Positions 29,524 to 40,266 of a stretch of 64,000 nucleotides of DNA are shown piece by piece. The DNA is from Candidatus Heimdallarchaeota archaeon (GTDB taxonomy: Archaea; Asgardarchaeota; Heimdallarchaeia; Heimdallarchaeales; Heimdallarchaeaceae): assembly GCA_019057815.1 (NCBI GenBank), contig JAHLWR010000008.1, forward strand, positions 94,540-158,539, written 5' to 3'. The number at the start of each line of letters is the position of its first letter. Within the stretch, counting starts at the first letter, position 1. The notes beneath the pieces were generated by a model, which worked only from the letters and a program-made list of their open reading frames with translations, had not been told where the DNA came from and did not search any database. Made by a program: the position numbers and the translations under genes.

Positions 29524-30728
29524 TCTAGATTATTTTCTCTAATCTTTTTCTTCAGAATAGTTTCTATACGCTCTAGTAATACAGAAACAGGTATGTCAAG
29601 AATAGTTATTTGAGCTCTTCTTCCTCTTTTTCCTTGTGCTATAGGTCCTACTGATTTCCCTAACATCCCGACCTTGTGGAGCGTTTCTATTGCTGCTCTA
29701 AATGTTGACTTACCTCTTGATTCAATTTCATATTCTTCGCAAGAAAGAAGATAGTCTTCATAGCTTTCATCTATGGTAGTTGAGGTTAATCCTTCCACTT
29801 TTAATTTTCTAGCAACGCCCATAATTGATAAAAGCTCTTGTACTCTTAGCTCCTCAAGTACATCTCTTCGCAATTCAGGATATACATCAGCTTTTGCTGC
29901 TCTAATATATTCGGCACTGATGAAGGATTCTAGTTTTAAATCTGCATTTTTTCCTCCTCTGTATAGAATTTCTAATCCTAGTCTTGCATTCTGAGATGGA
30001 GCTGAAATATCTGCAATTAAATTAAGAGTATCATCAGAATAAGATGTTGGAACAAGAGCTAGATGTGCTCGATATTTCAGAATCTCTAAAATTTGATCAC
30101 GTGTGTATCCTGGAACATCTAACTGATCATGAATATGTCCAGAAAGAGGTACATTCAACAAAGAACGCCACTCAATAGGTCTAGAAATAATTATTGTTGA
30201 AATCAAACTTTTTTCTGAACCAAAATATTCTCCTGCGTGGAATATCGATAGAATATCATCAGAATTGAGCATATTAGCTTCATCTAAGGCAATAATTAAC
30301 CTCATATCGTCTCTAGAGAGTCTTTTAACCAACATATCAAGAATTTCCTCGTCACTAAAACCCCTAGATTGAATTCTGAAGTGCTCTGAGAGGATATTTC
30401 GTAAAATTGCGGTCTTACTCCTAAACGAGTGGCAATTATAATACAGAAACTTAACATTAATATTTCTAGAACTAGCTGCTTCTGCGAAATGTTTCATGGT
30501 ATATTTGCAAAGTGCAGTTTTACCTATACCTGGCTGACCAACAATTGCAACATTGACAGAAAATGACCCTTCCTTTCCCAACAAAGATCTAAAATTCTTT
30601 GCAAGTCTTGTAATCTCTTTTTCTCTTGTAGGAAGTTCAGGAGGGACAAATTCAGGAAATAATGTTGACTCGCTTTTGAAAATAGATTTTCCGAACATAG
30701 AATCAATAACGCGATCATAACCAGACAT
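29520..30728 (-). CDS. cdc6: Cdc6/Orc1 replication initiator
   Basis: FVPPELPTRE, Walker A GQPGIGKT, Walker B IALDE, C-terminal winged helix (GKRGR); ATG at 30728 preferred. Confidence 0.92.
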   Translation of the reverse strand: MSGYDRVIDSMFGKSIFKSESTLFPEFVPPELPTREKEITRLAKNFRSLLGKEGSFSVNVAIVGQPGIGKTALCKYTMKHFAEAASSRNINVKFLYYNCHSFRSKTAILRNILSEHFRIQSRGFSDEEILDMLVKRLSRDDMRLIIALDEANMLNSDDILSIFHAGEYFGSEKSLISTIIISRPIEWRSLLNVPLSGHIHDQLDVPGYTRDQILEILKYRAHLALVPTSYSDDTLNLIADISAPSQNARLGLEILYRGGKNADLKLESFISAEYIRAAKADVYPELRRDVLEELRVQELLSIMGVARKLKVEGLTSTTIDESYEDYLLSCEEYEIESRGKSTFRAAIETLHKVGMLGKSVGPIAQGKRGRRAQITILDIPVSVLLERIETILKKKIRENNLD

Positions 30729-30853
30729 AACAAATAAACACAAAATCTTTTTGATAAAAAGTATTTCTGTTGAAAAATGAATCACACATGAGAAAAAACT
30801 AGTTTGGCAGTATCAAAAATATTTAAAATGATTCGAACATAATTCTAATGTAA

Positions 30854-31306
30854 ATGAACATTGATGGGTCTTCTAACGATGATATTATGGTACATATAAT
30901 TGATTATGATGAAGTACCAGATTCGTTATTTCCTTTTTTTACTTCGTATAGAATTCAATTTGACCCTTATATTCGATGCTATGGTTTTTTCCAAGCAAGT
31001 GAATTAGTAGCAGTTACAGCAGTTATACCTGAAGAAAGTGATTTCCAAGAAGGATTTCAATCTGTAGGTTGCCCCATTATTTATGTTTTTGAAGTCAGGA
31101 CAGACTTACAGTTAAAAGGATTGGGAACAAAATGTGCAGAAATTTTAGTTAACAGTATACTAAACGAAAATACTATTCAGTTATGTTGTATATCTTCCAT
31201 CATTCCTTTTTGGTCTAAATTGGGTTTTGAAGTCAAATCTATTGACCAAACCTTTAATTTCAATAAGATGATTCTAAGAAAAGAAGAAGATAGAGAGAAG
31301 GATTAA
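30854..31306 (+). CDS. GNAT-family acetyltransferase
   Basis: FEVRTDLQLKGLGT, FWSKLGF. Confidence 0.7.
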   Translation: MNIDGSSNDDIMVHIIDYDEVPDSLFPFFTSYRIQFDPYIRCYGFFQASELVAVTAVIPEESDFQEGFQSVGCPIIYVFEVRTDLQLKGLGTKCAEILVNSILNENTIQLCCISSIIPFWSKLGFEVKSIDQTFNFNKMILRKEEDREKD

Positions 31307-32865
31307 GATTCTACTCTTGGACCAGAAGCAATTCTCTTTAAAATCATACCTTCATGGAAAAAAGGTTTTAAGTTATGTGCTAGATTCAAAGCTTCTGTCA
31401 ATCTTCCTTCACTATTTGAGTAGATAGTCATAAATTTATCTCCCTTTTTGCAGAATTCACCTGTTTTCTTATGTAGATAAACTCCTGCTTCTTTATGTCT
31501 TGGTGTTCCAGCAGCATTAGCAATTTTCTTTACTGCAACATTTGAGATTTTAACTATATAACCATCTTTTGGAGCTTCAACATCTACTGTGTATTCTCCA
31601 ACAACAACATCTTCAGGTTTGACATTAGGGTCTCCACCTTGAACTCCTATAATTTCTTCCATTTTTGCTTGTGTCTTTCCTTTCAGAACATAATCTGAAG
31701 CTAGTGCACCACCTTGTCCTGGAGGGGATAAACCAGCCATTTCAAAGAGAATTCCCGTAAGTTCAACGCTTTTTTCAAACACACTCGTTGGACCTTTTCC
31801 TTGTATAACTTCCAAAGCTTCACGAGCTTCAAGAGCAGGACCAATAGCTCGCCCTAAAGGTTGTTCACCAAAGCTTAAAGCAGCTTCAACTTGCAATCCA
31901 AGTCTTCGACCTAGTTCTGTAGATTCTTGAGCATAACTTATAGCATCTTCACGTGTTGGCATTTTTGTACCTTCACCTGTGGGAATATCAAGAACTAGAT
32001 AATCAACACCAGTAGACAATTTCTTACTGAAAATACTAGCAAGCATTTGACTATGAGGATCTATTCCTAAAGGTTGTTCAACTTTGTGAATAACAATTTC
32101 GTCTAATGGTGATAGATCCAGAGTCCCACCCCATACAAGCATTCCACGGGTTTTTGGAGCAATTTCCAGAATTTCATCAGCAGAGAAATTAACATCACAT
32201 AAAACTTCCATTGTATCAGCTGTTCCTGAAGGACTAGTGATAGCTCTTGAACTTGTTTTAGGTATGAGCAAACCTGCAGCTGCTACTGTCGGAACAATAA
32301 TAAGCGAAACTTTATTGCCTGGTACACCACCTATAGAGTGTTTATCATAAACTGGTTCATCAAAATCCAAAGTTGTTCCAGATTCTGCCATATACTTTGT
32401 TAGAGTTGTTATTTCATCCATATTTAACCCCAAGTAATATTGTGCTAGAGTAAACATTGCTATCTCTAGTTCGGTGTAGTTACCTACAGTTATATCATTA
32501 ACAATTGTTCGAATTTGGGAATCATTCCAAACGCTTCCAGTTCTTTTATTTTTTACATATTCTAAAGATGCAGGACGCCTTCTTATGAAAATATTAACCT
32601 TCTGTCCTTCAATAACATGTAATGATTCAATATCTAATCCTTTTAATCCAACACTATTTGGAGGGACAAGATCGCTAGAAGAAACGACTTCACACATTAA
32701 TTCATAAGATTCATTCTTAATTTTAATCCTTGCAGAATGTTTAATCTTAAGTTCATCCAAAGTTTTTGAATTGATAACTGCTAATGGTTTTTCTATTTCT
32801 AAATCTATTTTTTTGACTACCAGATTTGTCATTTTTATCATCTTTACAATTACAAGGGAAGACAA
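31303..32865 (-). CDS. deoA: AMP phosphorylase (thymidine phosphorylase family, archaeal)
   Basis: DKHSIGGVPGNK, KTSSRAITSPSGTAD, GPALEA; true start probably ATG at 32832 or 32841. Confidence 0.92.
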   Translation of the reverse strand: MSSLVIVKMIKMTNLVVKKIDLEIEKPLAVINSKTLDELKIKHSARIKIKNESYELMCEVVSSSDLVPPNSVGLKGLDIESLHVIEGQKVNIFIRRRPASLEYVKNKRTGSVWNDSQIRTIVNDITVGNYTELEIAMFTLAQYYLGLNMDEITTLTKYMAESGTTLDFDEPVYDKHSIGGVPGNKVSLIIVPTVAAAGLLIPKTSSRAITSPSGTADTMEVLCDVNFSADEILEIAPKTRGMLVWGGTLDLSPLDEIVIHKVEQPLGIDPHSQMLASIFSKKLSTGVDYLVLDIPTGEGTKMPTREDAISYAQESTELGRRLGLQVEAALSFGEQPLGRAIGPALEAREALEVIQGKGPTSVFEKSVELTGILFEMAGLSPPGQGGALASDYVLKGKTQAKMEEIIGVQGGDPNVKPEDVVVGEYTVDVEAPKDGYIVKISNVAVKKIANAAGTPRHKEAGVYLHKKTGEFCKKGDKFMTIYSNSEGRLTEALNLAHNLKPFFHEGMILKRIASGPRVES

Positions 32866-32962
32866 AATTGCTCAAAGGTCTTTATATACATTTATATTAA
32901 TCGAATTCTGTTGATTGATAACTTAAGTTAATTGAAAATAAAAAGAAGGAGAACAGATAGGT

Positions 32963-33937
32963 CTACTCTCTTTGTATTAATTTTCTTGCTTCAAAGTACA
33001 ATTTTATTTTCTGGAATAATCTCATTCTCAAGGCTACCACCAAAAACACAAAGAATATTATTATAGGTATCCAAACTACTAGTGTTGAAGTATAATAAAG
33101 TAATCCCCATCCATGAGTTTTTATCAGTGTAAAATTCGCACTGTATGGTACACCATTGATAGAATAGCTAGCACTATAGTACATTTCATTTAGAATGCTC
33201 GTTTCAATATCGTAGATGAGTGTTATGAAAGTAGTATTGTATATTTGAACCCATAATTGTTCTGTTTCATTTAAAGAGCCGTCCACAAAATAAGTTGTAC
33301 TATCTATGGTATATTTTGTAGTGTTAATAGTTGCTATTCCTGCATCTCTGTCAAGATCCCATATAGAAGCATTAACCCAATCAAAGTACCTTATCACAGA
33401 GTAGTTGCTTGGACCGCCTAACGTAATGTTTAATGAGTAGGGCGTGATGAATCTGTATAAAGCTTCTATCTCTTCCCAATCACCATCATATCGAGCTTGA
33501 ACATCATTAATGTAGATGATGCTCCAAGCTTCAGGATGAGTACGATCTTTATGTTGAGCTTCGCCTCGGACTTGTACTATGAGCTTGTCATTAATCTTTA
33601 AGTTTTTATCAGCTTCTTGAACGTGGAAAAAAGGATTACCTTTAGAATCTAACGATTGTTCAATTTCAGTAATTTTCCAATTGAAGTTCTTATCCTTTTT
33701 AACACTTTTATGGTATGAAGCATTCCTGACCATATCTTGATCAATAATATAGGGTGTAAATAGTTTATCTGTAATATCACCTTCGTTAGCATTAAGATTA
33801 TTGCTTACAGTAGTATCTTGAATTAATGCACATGAGAAGGAGTTAACGTAGATTAAGCTTGTGAAAATTATTATTATTATTAAACTTATAAATTTCGACT
33901 TCTTCATAATATCTCGTTTTTCAATCAGATAAAGCAC
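32963..33937 (-). CDS. membrane-anchored secreted protein, unknown function
   Basis: signal peptide, sequons, C-terminal TM. Confidence 0.6.
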   Translation of the reverse strand: MLYLIEKRDIMKKSKFISLIIIIIFTSLIYVNSFSCALIQDTTVSNNLNANEGDITDKLFTPYIIDQDMVRNASYHKSVKKDKNFNWKITEIEQSLDSKGNPFFHVQEADKNLKINDKLIVQVRGEAQHKDRTHPEAWSIIYINDVQARYDGDWEEIEALYRFITPYSLNITLGGPSNYSVIRYFDWVNASIWDLDRDAGIATINTTKYTIDSTTYFVDGSLNETEQLWVQIYNTTFITLIYDIETSILNEMYYSASYSINGVPYSANFTLIKTHGWGLLYYTSTLVVWIPIIIFFVFLVVALRMRLFQKIKLYFEARKLIQRE

Positions 33938-34017
33938 TTTTAATCTTTGTGGTTAATCCTCTAAATTTGAAACAATTACCCATTACAAAGTGGTTTAATA
34001 TTTGGAAGATAAAATCG

Positions 34018-34737
34018 TTAAGGCTCCAGTGTGAAATATAATCGTTTGTTGTTCTTTCCTCTATTTTCAGATTTTAACGGAATAAATGTGCCAATCTCTT
34101 TAGTGCTCCGTACATGAACTCCACCATCAGCTTGACGGTCTACTTCATCAATGTCTACAATTCTTATTATTTTTACGCTTTCAGGTATGAGATTAGCTTT
34201 TGTTCGAATTAAATCTGGGTCTTTAAGAGCTTCGTTTCTTTCCATAAAAGATATAGAAATTAAGTGATTTTCCTCAACAATTTTTTCTAGTTCTTTAGTA
34301 ATTTCTTGCACTCTTTCTTTATGTAGATGATCAATCTCAAAATCAACTCTACTTTTTTTGGGGGTTATATTTCCTCCTGTCACAACAGCTCCATACTTTC
34401 TAAATAGTAAACCAGAAATTGAATGAAGAGCAGTATGCATACGCATCTGACGATATCTACTCTCCCAGTCAATTATACATTTAACGTTTTCACCAATCAG
34501 CTGTTCTGTAGGTTCTGGTGACAGTTTATGGAGAATCTTTCCTCCTTCTGAAATAACTTCTTTAACTATGAATTTTTCACCTTTGGAAGTTTCCATTATT
34601 CCAGTATCACTCTGTAATCCTCCACCTTTATATACAAACGCAGTTCTATCAAAAACTACTCCTTTCTCATTAATTTCTTTTACTTCAGCTTCAAATTCTT
34701 TAATATATGAATCAGTCTGGAACAATAGCTCTGTCAT
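34018..34737 (-). CDS. alaXM: alanyl-tRNA editing protein AlaX-M
   Basis: GGGLQSDTG, MRMHTALH, QADGGVHV. Confidence 0.9.
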   Translation of the reverse strand: MTELLFQTDSYIKEFEAEVKEINEKGVVFDRTAFVYKGGGLQSDTGIMETSKGEKFIVKEVISEGGKILHKLSPEPTEQLIGENVKCIIDWESRYRQMRMHTALHSISGLLFRKYGAVVTGGNITPKKSRVDFEIDHLHKERVQEITKELEKIVEENHLISISFMERNEALKDPDLIRTKANLIPESVKIIRIVDIDEVDRQADGGVHVRSTKEIGTFIPLKSENRGKNNKRLYFTLEP

Positions 34738-34778
34738 ATAAGAACCAAAAAGAAAACTGACTATTATACGTTGCGGAA

Positions 34779-36281
34779 TTAACTACTTTCAGCGATAAAT
34801 AATTTGTTTTCCTTACTACACAATAGTTGTACAACATGTCTTCCTGAATAAATGCTAGATAAAACACCTCCAGTACTCAGTGACCATTGACCTGCCATAA
34901 AGAAATTATCTAATCCTGGAAGAGTTTTCTTAACACTTTTAAAAATAGTTTCTGTGGTGGGATAGAATCCCATATAAGAAGCCTTATTGTTAAGTGTATA
35001 TCTCCAATAAGTATAAGGAGTAGCTACATCAGAAACCTCGACGTTATCTGATATTCCTGGAAATCTTTTTTCTAACCAAACTAATGTTTCAGATGCTAGT
35101 TGTTTTTTTTCTTTTTTGTATTTCACTCTATTTTCACTTAATTCAGACCAATATTCCCAGTTTGTTTCAAACATTACTTGGACAACTGTTTTCCCTTCTG
35201 GTGCGAAAGAAGGACTGTAGTTAAAGCATCGTATTGTAACCAAATTATCATCTTCATCTCCTACTTTTATATTCTCATTTGATTTGTATAGAGTTAACCA
35301 CCTTTCCTTATTAAACTCCATATCAATTCCATAGCTAATAACAATCAAAGGTCGAACTATATCCCATTCCTTGTATCTCTCTTCGATGCTTTCATCAGTA
35401 TATTCTCCATGAAGCATGCTATAAATTGTCATATATCCATCACACGCTGAGATTATGTATTCCGCTTTAGCCTGAGATTCATCTTCTAGTTTAATTCCAA
35501 CTGCTTTGTTTTCTTCAACAATTATCTCTGTAACTTTGGAATCGTATTTTATTTTTCCCCCTAAATCTAAATATCTTTTCTCAAGAGCACTTACAAAATC
35601 GGAGGATCCATTCTTCAGAAGTCCCATTTGTCCTTGAACTACAAAACTAAGAATCATGTACAAGAATGCAATAGGAACATCAGGAAGGAACATATAAAGT
35701 AAAAACTCTTTAAGCATAGGATCATGAATCTGATTTACATACTCTCTCACTGATTTGAGAGATTTTCCAACAAACCACCTTAAAGACTTCCTTACTCGCC
35801 ACAATTCTTTTACCCAATCGGTAAGCTTCATTAATTCTGCAGGTCTTCTAAAACCAAAATCACTAATATCAGATTTGCTCATCCCTTTAATCCCTTTGAT
35901 AAACTGTTTAATCACTTTTTTATCTCTAGGGAAGAGAGAATTGAGATCTCTCTGAAACTTATTTAGATCGGTTGAAACATCAATAGACCTATTGCTTGTT
36001 TCATCAACAAATCTTGCATACACCTCAGTATCGATATATTCCAAATTCTGAACCCCGACTTCTGAAAAAACGTTGTAGAGAGAACACCCAGGTTTGAATC
36101 CAGTAATAAAATGAATACCGCCATCGATAAGAAAGTTCTTTCTTTTCCAACAGGCGGCTAAACCACCAGTGAAGTCATTTTTCTCGAAAATTATCGCATC
36201 ATAGCCATTCATCTGTGCATAAATTCCAGCAGATAATCCACCTATTCCACCACCAATTACAATAATAGATTTTTTCCCCAA
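34779..36281 (-). CDS. phytoene desaturase-like FAD-dependent oxidoreductase
   Basis: GGGIGG, ATPYTY.RYT.N, LDNFFMAGQW. Confidence 0.85.
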   Translation of the reverse strand: MGKKSIIVIGGGIGGLSAGIYAQMNGYDAIIFEKNDFTGGLAACWKRKNFLIDGGIHFITGFKPGCSLYNVFSEVGVQNLEYIDTEVYARFVDETSNRSIDVSTDLNKFQRDLNSLFPRDKKVIKQFIKGIKGMSKSDISDFGFRRPAELMKLTDWVKELWRVRKSLRWFVGKSLKSVREYVNQIHDPMLKEFLLYMFLPDVPIAFLYMILSFVVQGQMGLLKNGSSDFVSALEKRYLDLGGKIKYDSKVTEIIVEENKAVGIKLEDESQAKAEYIISACDGYMTIYSMLHGEYTDESIEERYKEWDIVRPLIVISYGIDMEFNKERWLTLYKSNENIKVGDEDDNLVTIRCFNYSPSFAPEGKTVVQVMFETNWEYWSELSENRVKYKKEKKQLASETLVWLEKRFPGISDNVEVSDVATPYTYWRYTLNNKASYMGFYPTTETIFKSVKKTLPGLDNFFMAGQWSLSTGGVLSSIYSGRHVVQLLCSKENKLFIAESS

Positions 36282-36432
36282 CTTTTTTCCCTAAATAATG
36301 ATAACTAAATAAATAAAAAAGGTTTGGCCATATATTGCACTGGTATTCCTCAATTTTCTTGATAAAATAAAACGAAAACAACAGTTTAGATTAAGTAATG
36401 TTTGGTAAAAAGCAATTTAAATGTTACATGTT

Positions 36433-38196
36433 TTAAGTTATGGGTTCAATTATTCGAAATACATCAACATCAAACAATCCTTTGTCTGTTAACTTTATAT
36501 GAGGGATTACTGGTAAAGCTACAAAAGCTAAAGCCATAAAGGGTTCCGATACTATGGGGTTCAGTTCCATTACAGCTGTTTGCAATTTCTTAAATTTCTC
36601 AACTAATTCTTCTAATGGTAATGTACTCATTATACCTGCAAGCTCTAGTGGAAGAATTGTTGTGCTGGTAGGTGTTATTACTACTTGTCCACCCTTTGAG
36701 ATTTTCAATTCATTAATTGCTTTAATCATTAGCTTATAGTCGGTTCCTGTACAGATTAATTGATGGCTGTCGTGAGCTACTGTGCTTGCAATTGCGCCAT
36801 TCTTGATACCTAGTCCCTTAATGAAAGCTTTTCCAATATTTCTTTCTTTTGTATGACGATTTAACACTACAAGAGGAAGAATATCCTTTTCTATGTTTGG
36901 TTGAACCATTCCATTCTTTACTTCTAGATCCTCTACTAGCTTTTCAGTAATTAGTGATTTTTCTTTTATAACTATAACTCTCGCGTTGACTTTATCTATT
37001 GAGGAGGATTGAATTTTTAGTTCACCCTCTGTAGGAACTTGAAGATTCTTTGTAGTATTCAAGACCTGACTAGGATAGTTGAACTTAAGTTGTTCATATT
37101 TCATCTTTCCATCTCTGAATAGTATTTTACCTTGAGCTATAACTATTGAAACGGAAAGGTTGTCTAGATTATCGAAAACAACTATATCAGCACATTTTCC
37201 TGGCGCTATACCTCCAATTTCATCCTGCAAACCTAGATGAGTAGCAGTATTAAGTGTCATCATTTGTAACGCTTCAACAGGATCAATTCCTTGTTGAATT
37301 AATAACTTCAAACTGTAATCAAGATGTCCCTTTTCAGTGAGATCTAATGGATTTCGATCATCTGAAGCAATGAGAATGTTCCGAGTGTCTATTTTACTTT
37401 TCTTAAAACCTTCAAAGATTTTGACTAAATCTCGAGCGAATGAACCTTCTCTTATTTGTAATTTCATTCCTAACCGCAGTTTTTCCAGCACTTCTTCCGC
37501 GTTTGTTGCTTCATGATCAGAAGATATACCAGAAGCGATATATGCTTGTAATTCCTTATTTTTTAACAAGGGAGCATGTCCTTCTATTATTTTTCCTGCA
37601 GACTTGGAAGCATTAATTTTTGCAATTACATCATCATCAGCTAAAAACACTCCAGGATAATTCATCATCTCAGCAAGAGCAAAAATTTCTTTTCTTTTCA
37701 TAAGTTTCCTTATTTTCTTTGAGTTTATCACTACGCCTGATGTTTCAAAACCAGGAAGAGAAGGTACACAAGAAGGAGCTTCTATTAGAAATCTAATAGG
37801 TGACAATTTTGCATCTTTGAAAAGGATTTTCAACCCTTTAGTGCCTACAACATTAACTAGTTCATGTGGATCTATTACTACAGTAGTAGTACCATGAGGG
37901 ATGACTGCTTTGGCAAATTCAGGAAGTGTAAGCATTGAAGATTCGATATGAATGTGAGATTCTATTAATCCTGGACAAACAATGGAATCTTTGACATCGA
38001 TAATAAGAGTATTTTTACCATCAAATAATTGTGAATCCTTACCAACATTAACTATTTTTCCACCAGCTATTACTACATCAGATTCAATAATTTCTCTTGT
38101 ATAAACATTAGCAACTCTTCCTCCCTTCAATATAATATCTGCTTTTCTCCTTCCCATGGCGTAGTCAATTAAAGCTTTCGTATCAAATTTACTCAT
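36433..38196 (-). CDS. ade: adenine deaminase
   Basis: HIHIESS, DPHE, EMMN, EGHAP, SDHE, TVAHDSH. Confidence 0.93.
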   Translation of the reverse strand: MSKFDTKALIDYAMGRRKADIILKGGRVANVYTREIIESDVVIAGGKIVNVGKDSQLFDGKNTLIIDVKDSIVCPGLIESHIHIESSMLTLPEFAKAVIPHGTTTVVIDPHELVNVVGTKGLKILFKDAKLSPIRFLIEAPSCVPSLPGFETSGVVINSKKIRKLMKRKEIFALAEMMNYPGVFLADDDVIAKINASKSAGKIIEGHAPLLKNKELQAYIASGISSDHEATNAEEVLEKLRLGMKLQIREGSFARDLVKIFEGFKKSKIDTRNILIASDDRNPLDLTEKGHLDYSLKLLIQQGIDPVEALQMMTLNTATHLGLQDEIGGIAPGKCADIVVFDNLDNLSVSIVIAQGKILFRDGKMKYEQLKFNYPSQVLNTTKNLQVPTEGELKIQSSSIDKVNARVIVIKEKSLITEKLVEDLEVKNGMVQPNIEKDILPLVVLNRHTKERNIGKAFIKGLGIKNGAIASTVAHDSHQLICTGTDYKLMIKAINELKISKGGQVVITPTSTTILPLELAGIMSTLPLEELVEKFKKLQTAVMELNPIVSEPFMALAFVALPVIPHIKLTDKGLFDVDVFRIIEPIT

Positions 38197-38370
38197 ATTG
38201 AAGAAGTAATAATTAACAATAAAAAGTTTCAGATAAAATAAGAAAAACTAACGATAAGCGCTAAAGTTACCATATAGAAAATAAAAAAAATATTTTTATT
38301 AGGATTGTTATTGGAAGAATCTATTACACAAAATATATATTCAATAAAGAGTATAATTAAGTGTGATTTA

Positions 38371-40224
38371 ATGAAAAAGAAAACAACAGTAATTCTACTA
38401 ATACTGACATTATCAATCTACGCATTGAATATCAATGTACAAAAAACTGCTGAAGAGAATAATTATAGACCTACTTCGTTAGAGTTGACACCTCATGATC
38501 GAATATCCATTACTTCTGATAGTGATTTTTTGGTTTTTCCAGGCTCAGGAACAGCTGAAAATCCTTATGTTATTGAAGGATACAATATTACAACAGGTGA
38601 TGAAGGTATTTATATTAGAGGTACAACGAAATATTTCATTATTCGTAACTGCTATGTTGACGCAAGAGAGTATGGTATTTATATCGATGATGTAGCTGAT
38701 GGTACAGCAACTGTCATTAACAACACATGCAACAACAATAACTACTATGGCATCAGTCTTAGCTCTACTGTTAGAGCTACGGTTGCTAACAACACTTTTA
38801 CTAATTGTGGTTTAAGAATAGCTGAAGATACCATTGATGCTTACCTTTCATATACTGTCAGTAATAATTGGGTGAATGGGAAAAAACTAGGTCTTTATAT
38901 TAACCTTGACTCTACGATAATTGCTGAACCAGTTTATGGGCAATTAATATTAGTCAATTGTACTAATGCGACAGTACGTGACCAAATATTGAATAGCGCT
39001 TCAACTGGTCTATTTCTCTACTCTTGTACATCTTCAGTTATTATTAACAACACATGCAACAACAATAACTGGAGCGGCATCTGGCTTTGGGATTCTTGTA
39101 ATTCGACTGTTGCAAACAACACTTGTAGCAATAACAACAGGGGATGCATCTATCTTGACTATTCTGGTAGTTCGACTGTTGCAAACAACACTTGTAGCAA
39201 TAACAACAACGATGTTATCTATCTTAGCTATTCTGGTAATTCTACTGTCGCCAACAACACTTGCAACAATAACAACGACTATGGCATCTGTCTTTACGTT
39301 TCTAGTTGTTCGACGGTGGCAAACAACACTTTTACTAATTGTGGTTTAAGAATAGCTGAAGATACCATTGATGCTTACCTTTCATATACTGTCAGTAATA
39401 ATTGGGTGAATGGGAAAAAACTAGGTCTTTATATTAACCTTGACTCTACGATAATTGCTGAACCAGTTTATGGGCAATTAATATTAGTCAATTGTACTAA
39501 TGTGACAGTACGTGACCAAATATTAAATAACGCAACAGTTGGTCTATCTCTCGACCGCTGTACATCTTCAGTTATTATCAACAACACTTGCAGCAATAAC
39601 AATCACGGGGGCATCTTGTTTTGGTTTTCTGGCAGTTCCACTATTGTAAACAACACTTGTAGCAACAACAACTACAGAGGCATCTCTCTTGAGTTTTCCG
39701 GTAGTTCGACTGTTACTAACAACACGTGCAGCAACAACAACGGGGAGGGCATCCGTCTTCTTCATTCTAATTTTTGTGTCCTTTCTTACAATCTTCTGCA
39801 AGAAAATGAAGGATATGGAGTATCCTTAGGACAAATCAGCTGGGGTATCATCGAATATAATTTACTTATTCTACAAGAAAATGATGAATATGGAGTATAC
39901 TTATTATATAATTCTGATAATCTTATTCACCACAATACCTTTGTAGACAATAATCTAGGAGGATTTTCCCAAGCTTTTGATGAAGGATCTAACAACTTAT
40001 GGTATGATACTGAAACTTCTGAAGGCAACTATTGGTCAGATTGGTCAGGTACAGGTTCTTATTCTATTGCTGGTTTTGCTGGTTCAGAAGATCTCTATCC
40101 TCTCGATGAACCTGCTGAATATTCTACAGATGAAAATCCATTAATCTTCATGTTTACTCTTCTAATATTAGTAGTTCCCTTATTACTCACAAGGATAATC
40201 TCAAAGAAGGTAAAGAAAAAATAA
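38371..40224 (+). CDS. cell-surface NosD-like parallel beta-helix protein with tandem 23-aa repeats
   Basis: signal peptide, GSGTAENPYVIE, NNTCSNNN..GI.L repeats, GNYWSD..D.YPL cap, C-terminal TM; ATG at 38371. Confidence 0.85.
   Translation: MKKKTTVILLILTLSIYALNINVQKTAEENNYRPTSLELTPHDRISITSDSDFLVFPGSGTAENPYVIEGYNITTGDEGIYIRGTTKYFIIRNCYVDAREYGIYIDDVADGTATVINNTCNNNNYYGISLSSTVRATVANNTFTNCGLRIAEDTIDAYLSYTVSNNWVNGKKLGLYINLDSTIIAEPVYGQLILVNCTNATVRDQILNSASTGLFLYSCTSSVIINNTCNNNNWSGIWLWDSCNSTVANNTCSNNNRGCIYLDYSGSSTVANNTCSNNNNDVIYLSYSGNSTVANNTCNNNNDYGICLYVSSCSTVANNTFTNCGLRIAEDTIDAYLSYTVSNNWVNGKKLGLYINLDSTIIAEPVYGQLILVNCTNVTVRDQILNNATVGLSLDRCTSSVIINNTCSNNNHGGILFWFSGSSTIVNNTCSNNNYRGISLEFSGSSTVTNNTCSNNNGEGIRLLHSNFCVLSYNLLQENEGYGVSLGQISWGIIEYNLLILQENDEYGVYLLYNSDNLIHHNTFVDNNLGGFSQAFDEGSNNLWYDTETSEGNYWSDWSGTGSYSIAGFAGSEDLYPLDEPAEYSTDENPLIFMFTLLILVVPLLLTRIISKKVKKK
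38719..39786 (+). repeat. eight 69-nt coding repeat units plus a 181-bp perfect direct repeat (38788-38968 = 39322-39502)
   Basis: units begin AACAACAC at 38719, 39046, 39115, 39184, 39253, 39580, 39649, 39718. Confidence 0.9.
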
Positions 40225-40266
40225 ATATTTGGAGTAGAACTTAAAAAGAAAATGATGATTAATGAA

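Noticed and set aside
29034-30853. Replication origin next to cdc6
   Set aside because: No ORB-like repeats (TCCA..GAAAC with G-string) were seen in the short flanking intergenic regions.
34018-34737. AlaX with Asp in place of Cys in the CxxxH zinc motif (QADGGVH)
   Set aside because: To my knowledge QADGGTH-type variants are common among AlaX-M proteins, so this is not novel.
38719-39786. CRISPR array or complete DGR
   Set aside because: The repeats are in-frame coding units without a constant repeat/unique spacer structure. There is no reverse transcriptase or TR/VR pair differing only at adenines in the window.
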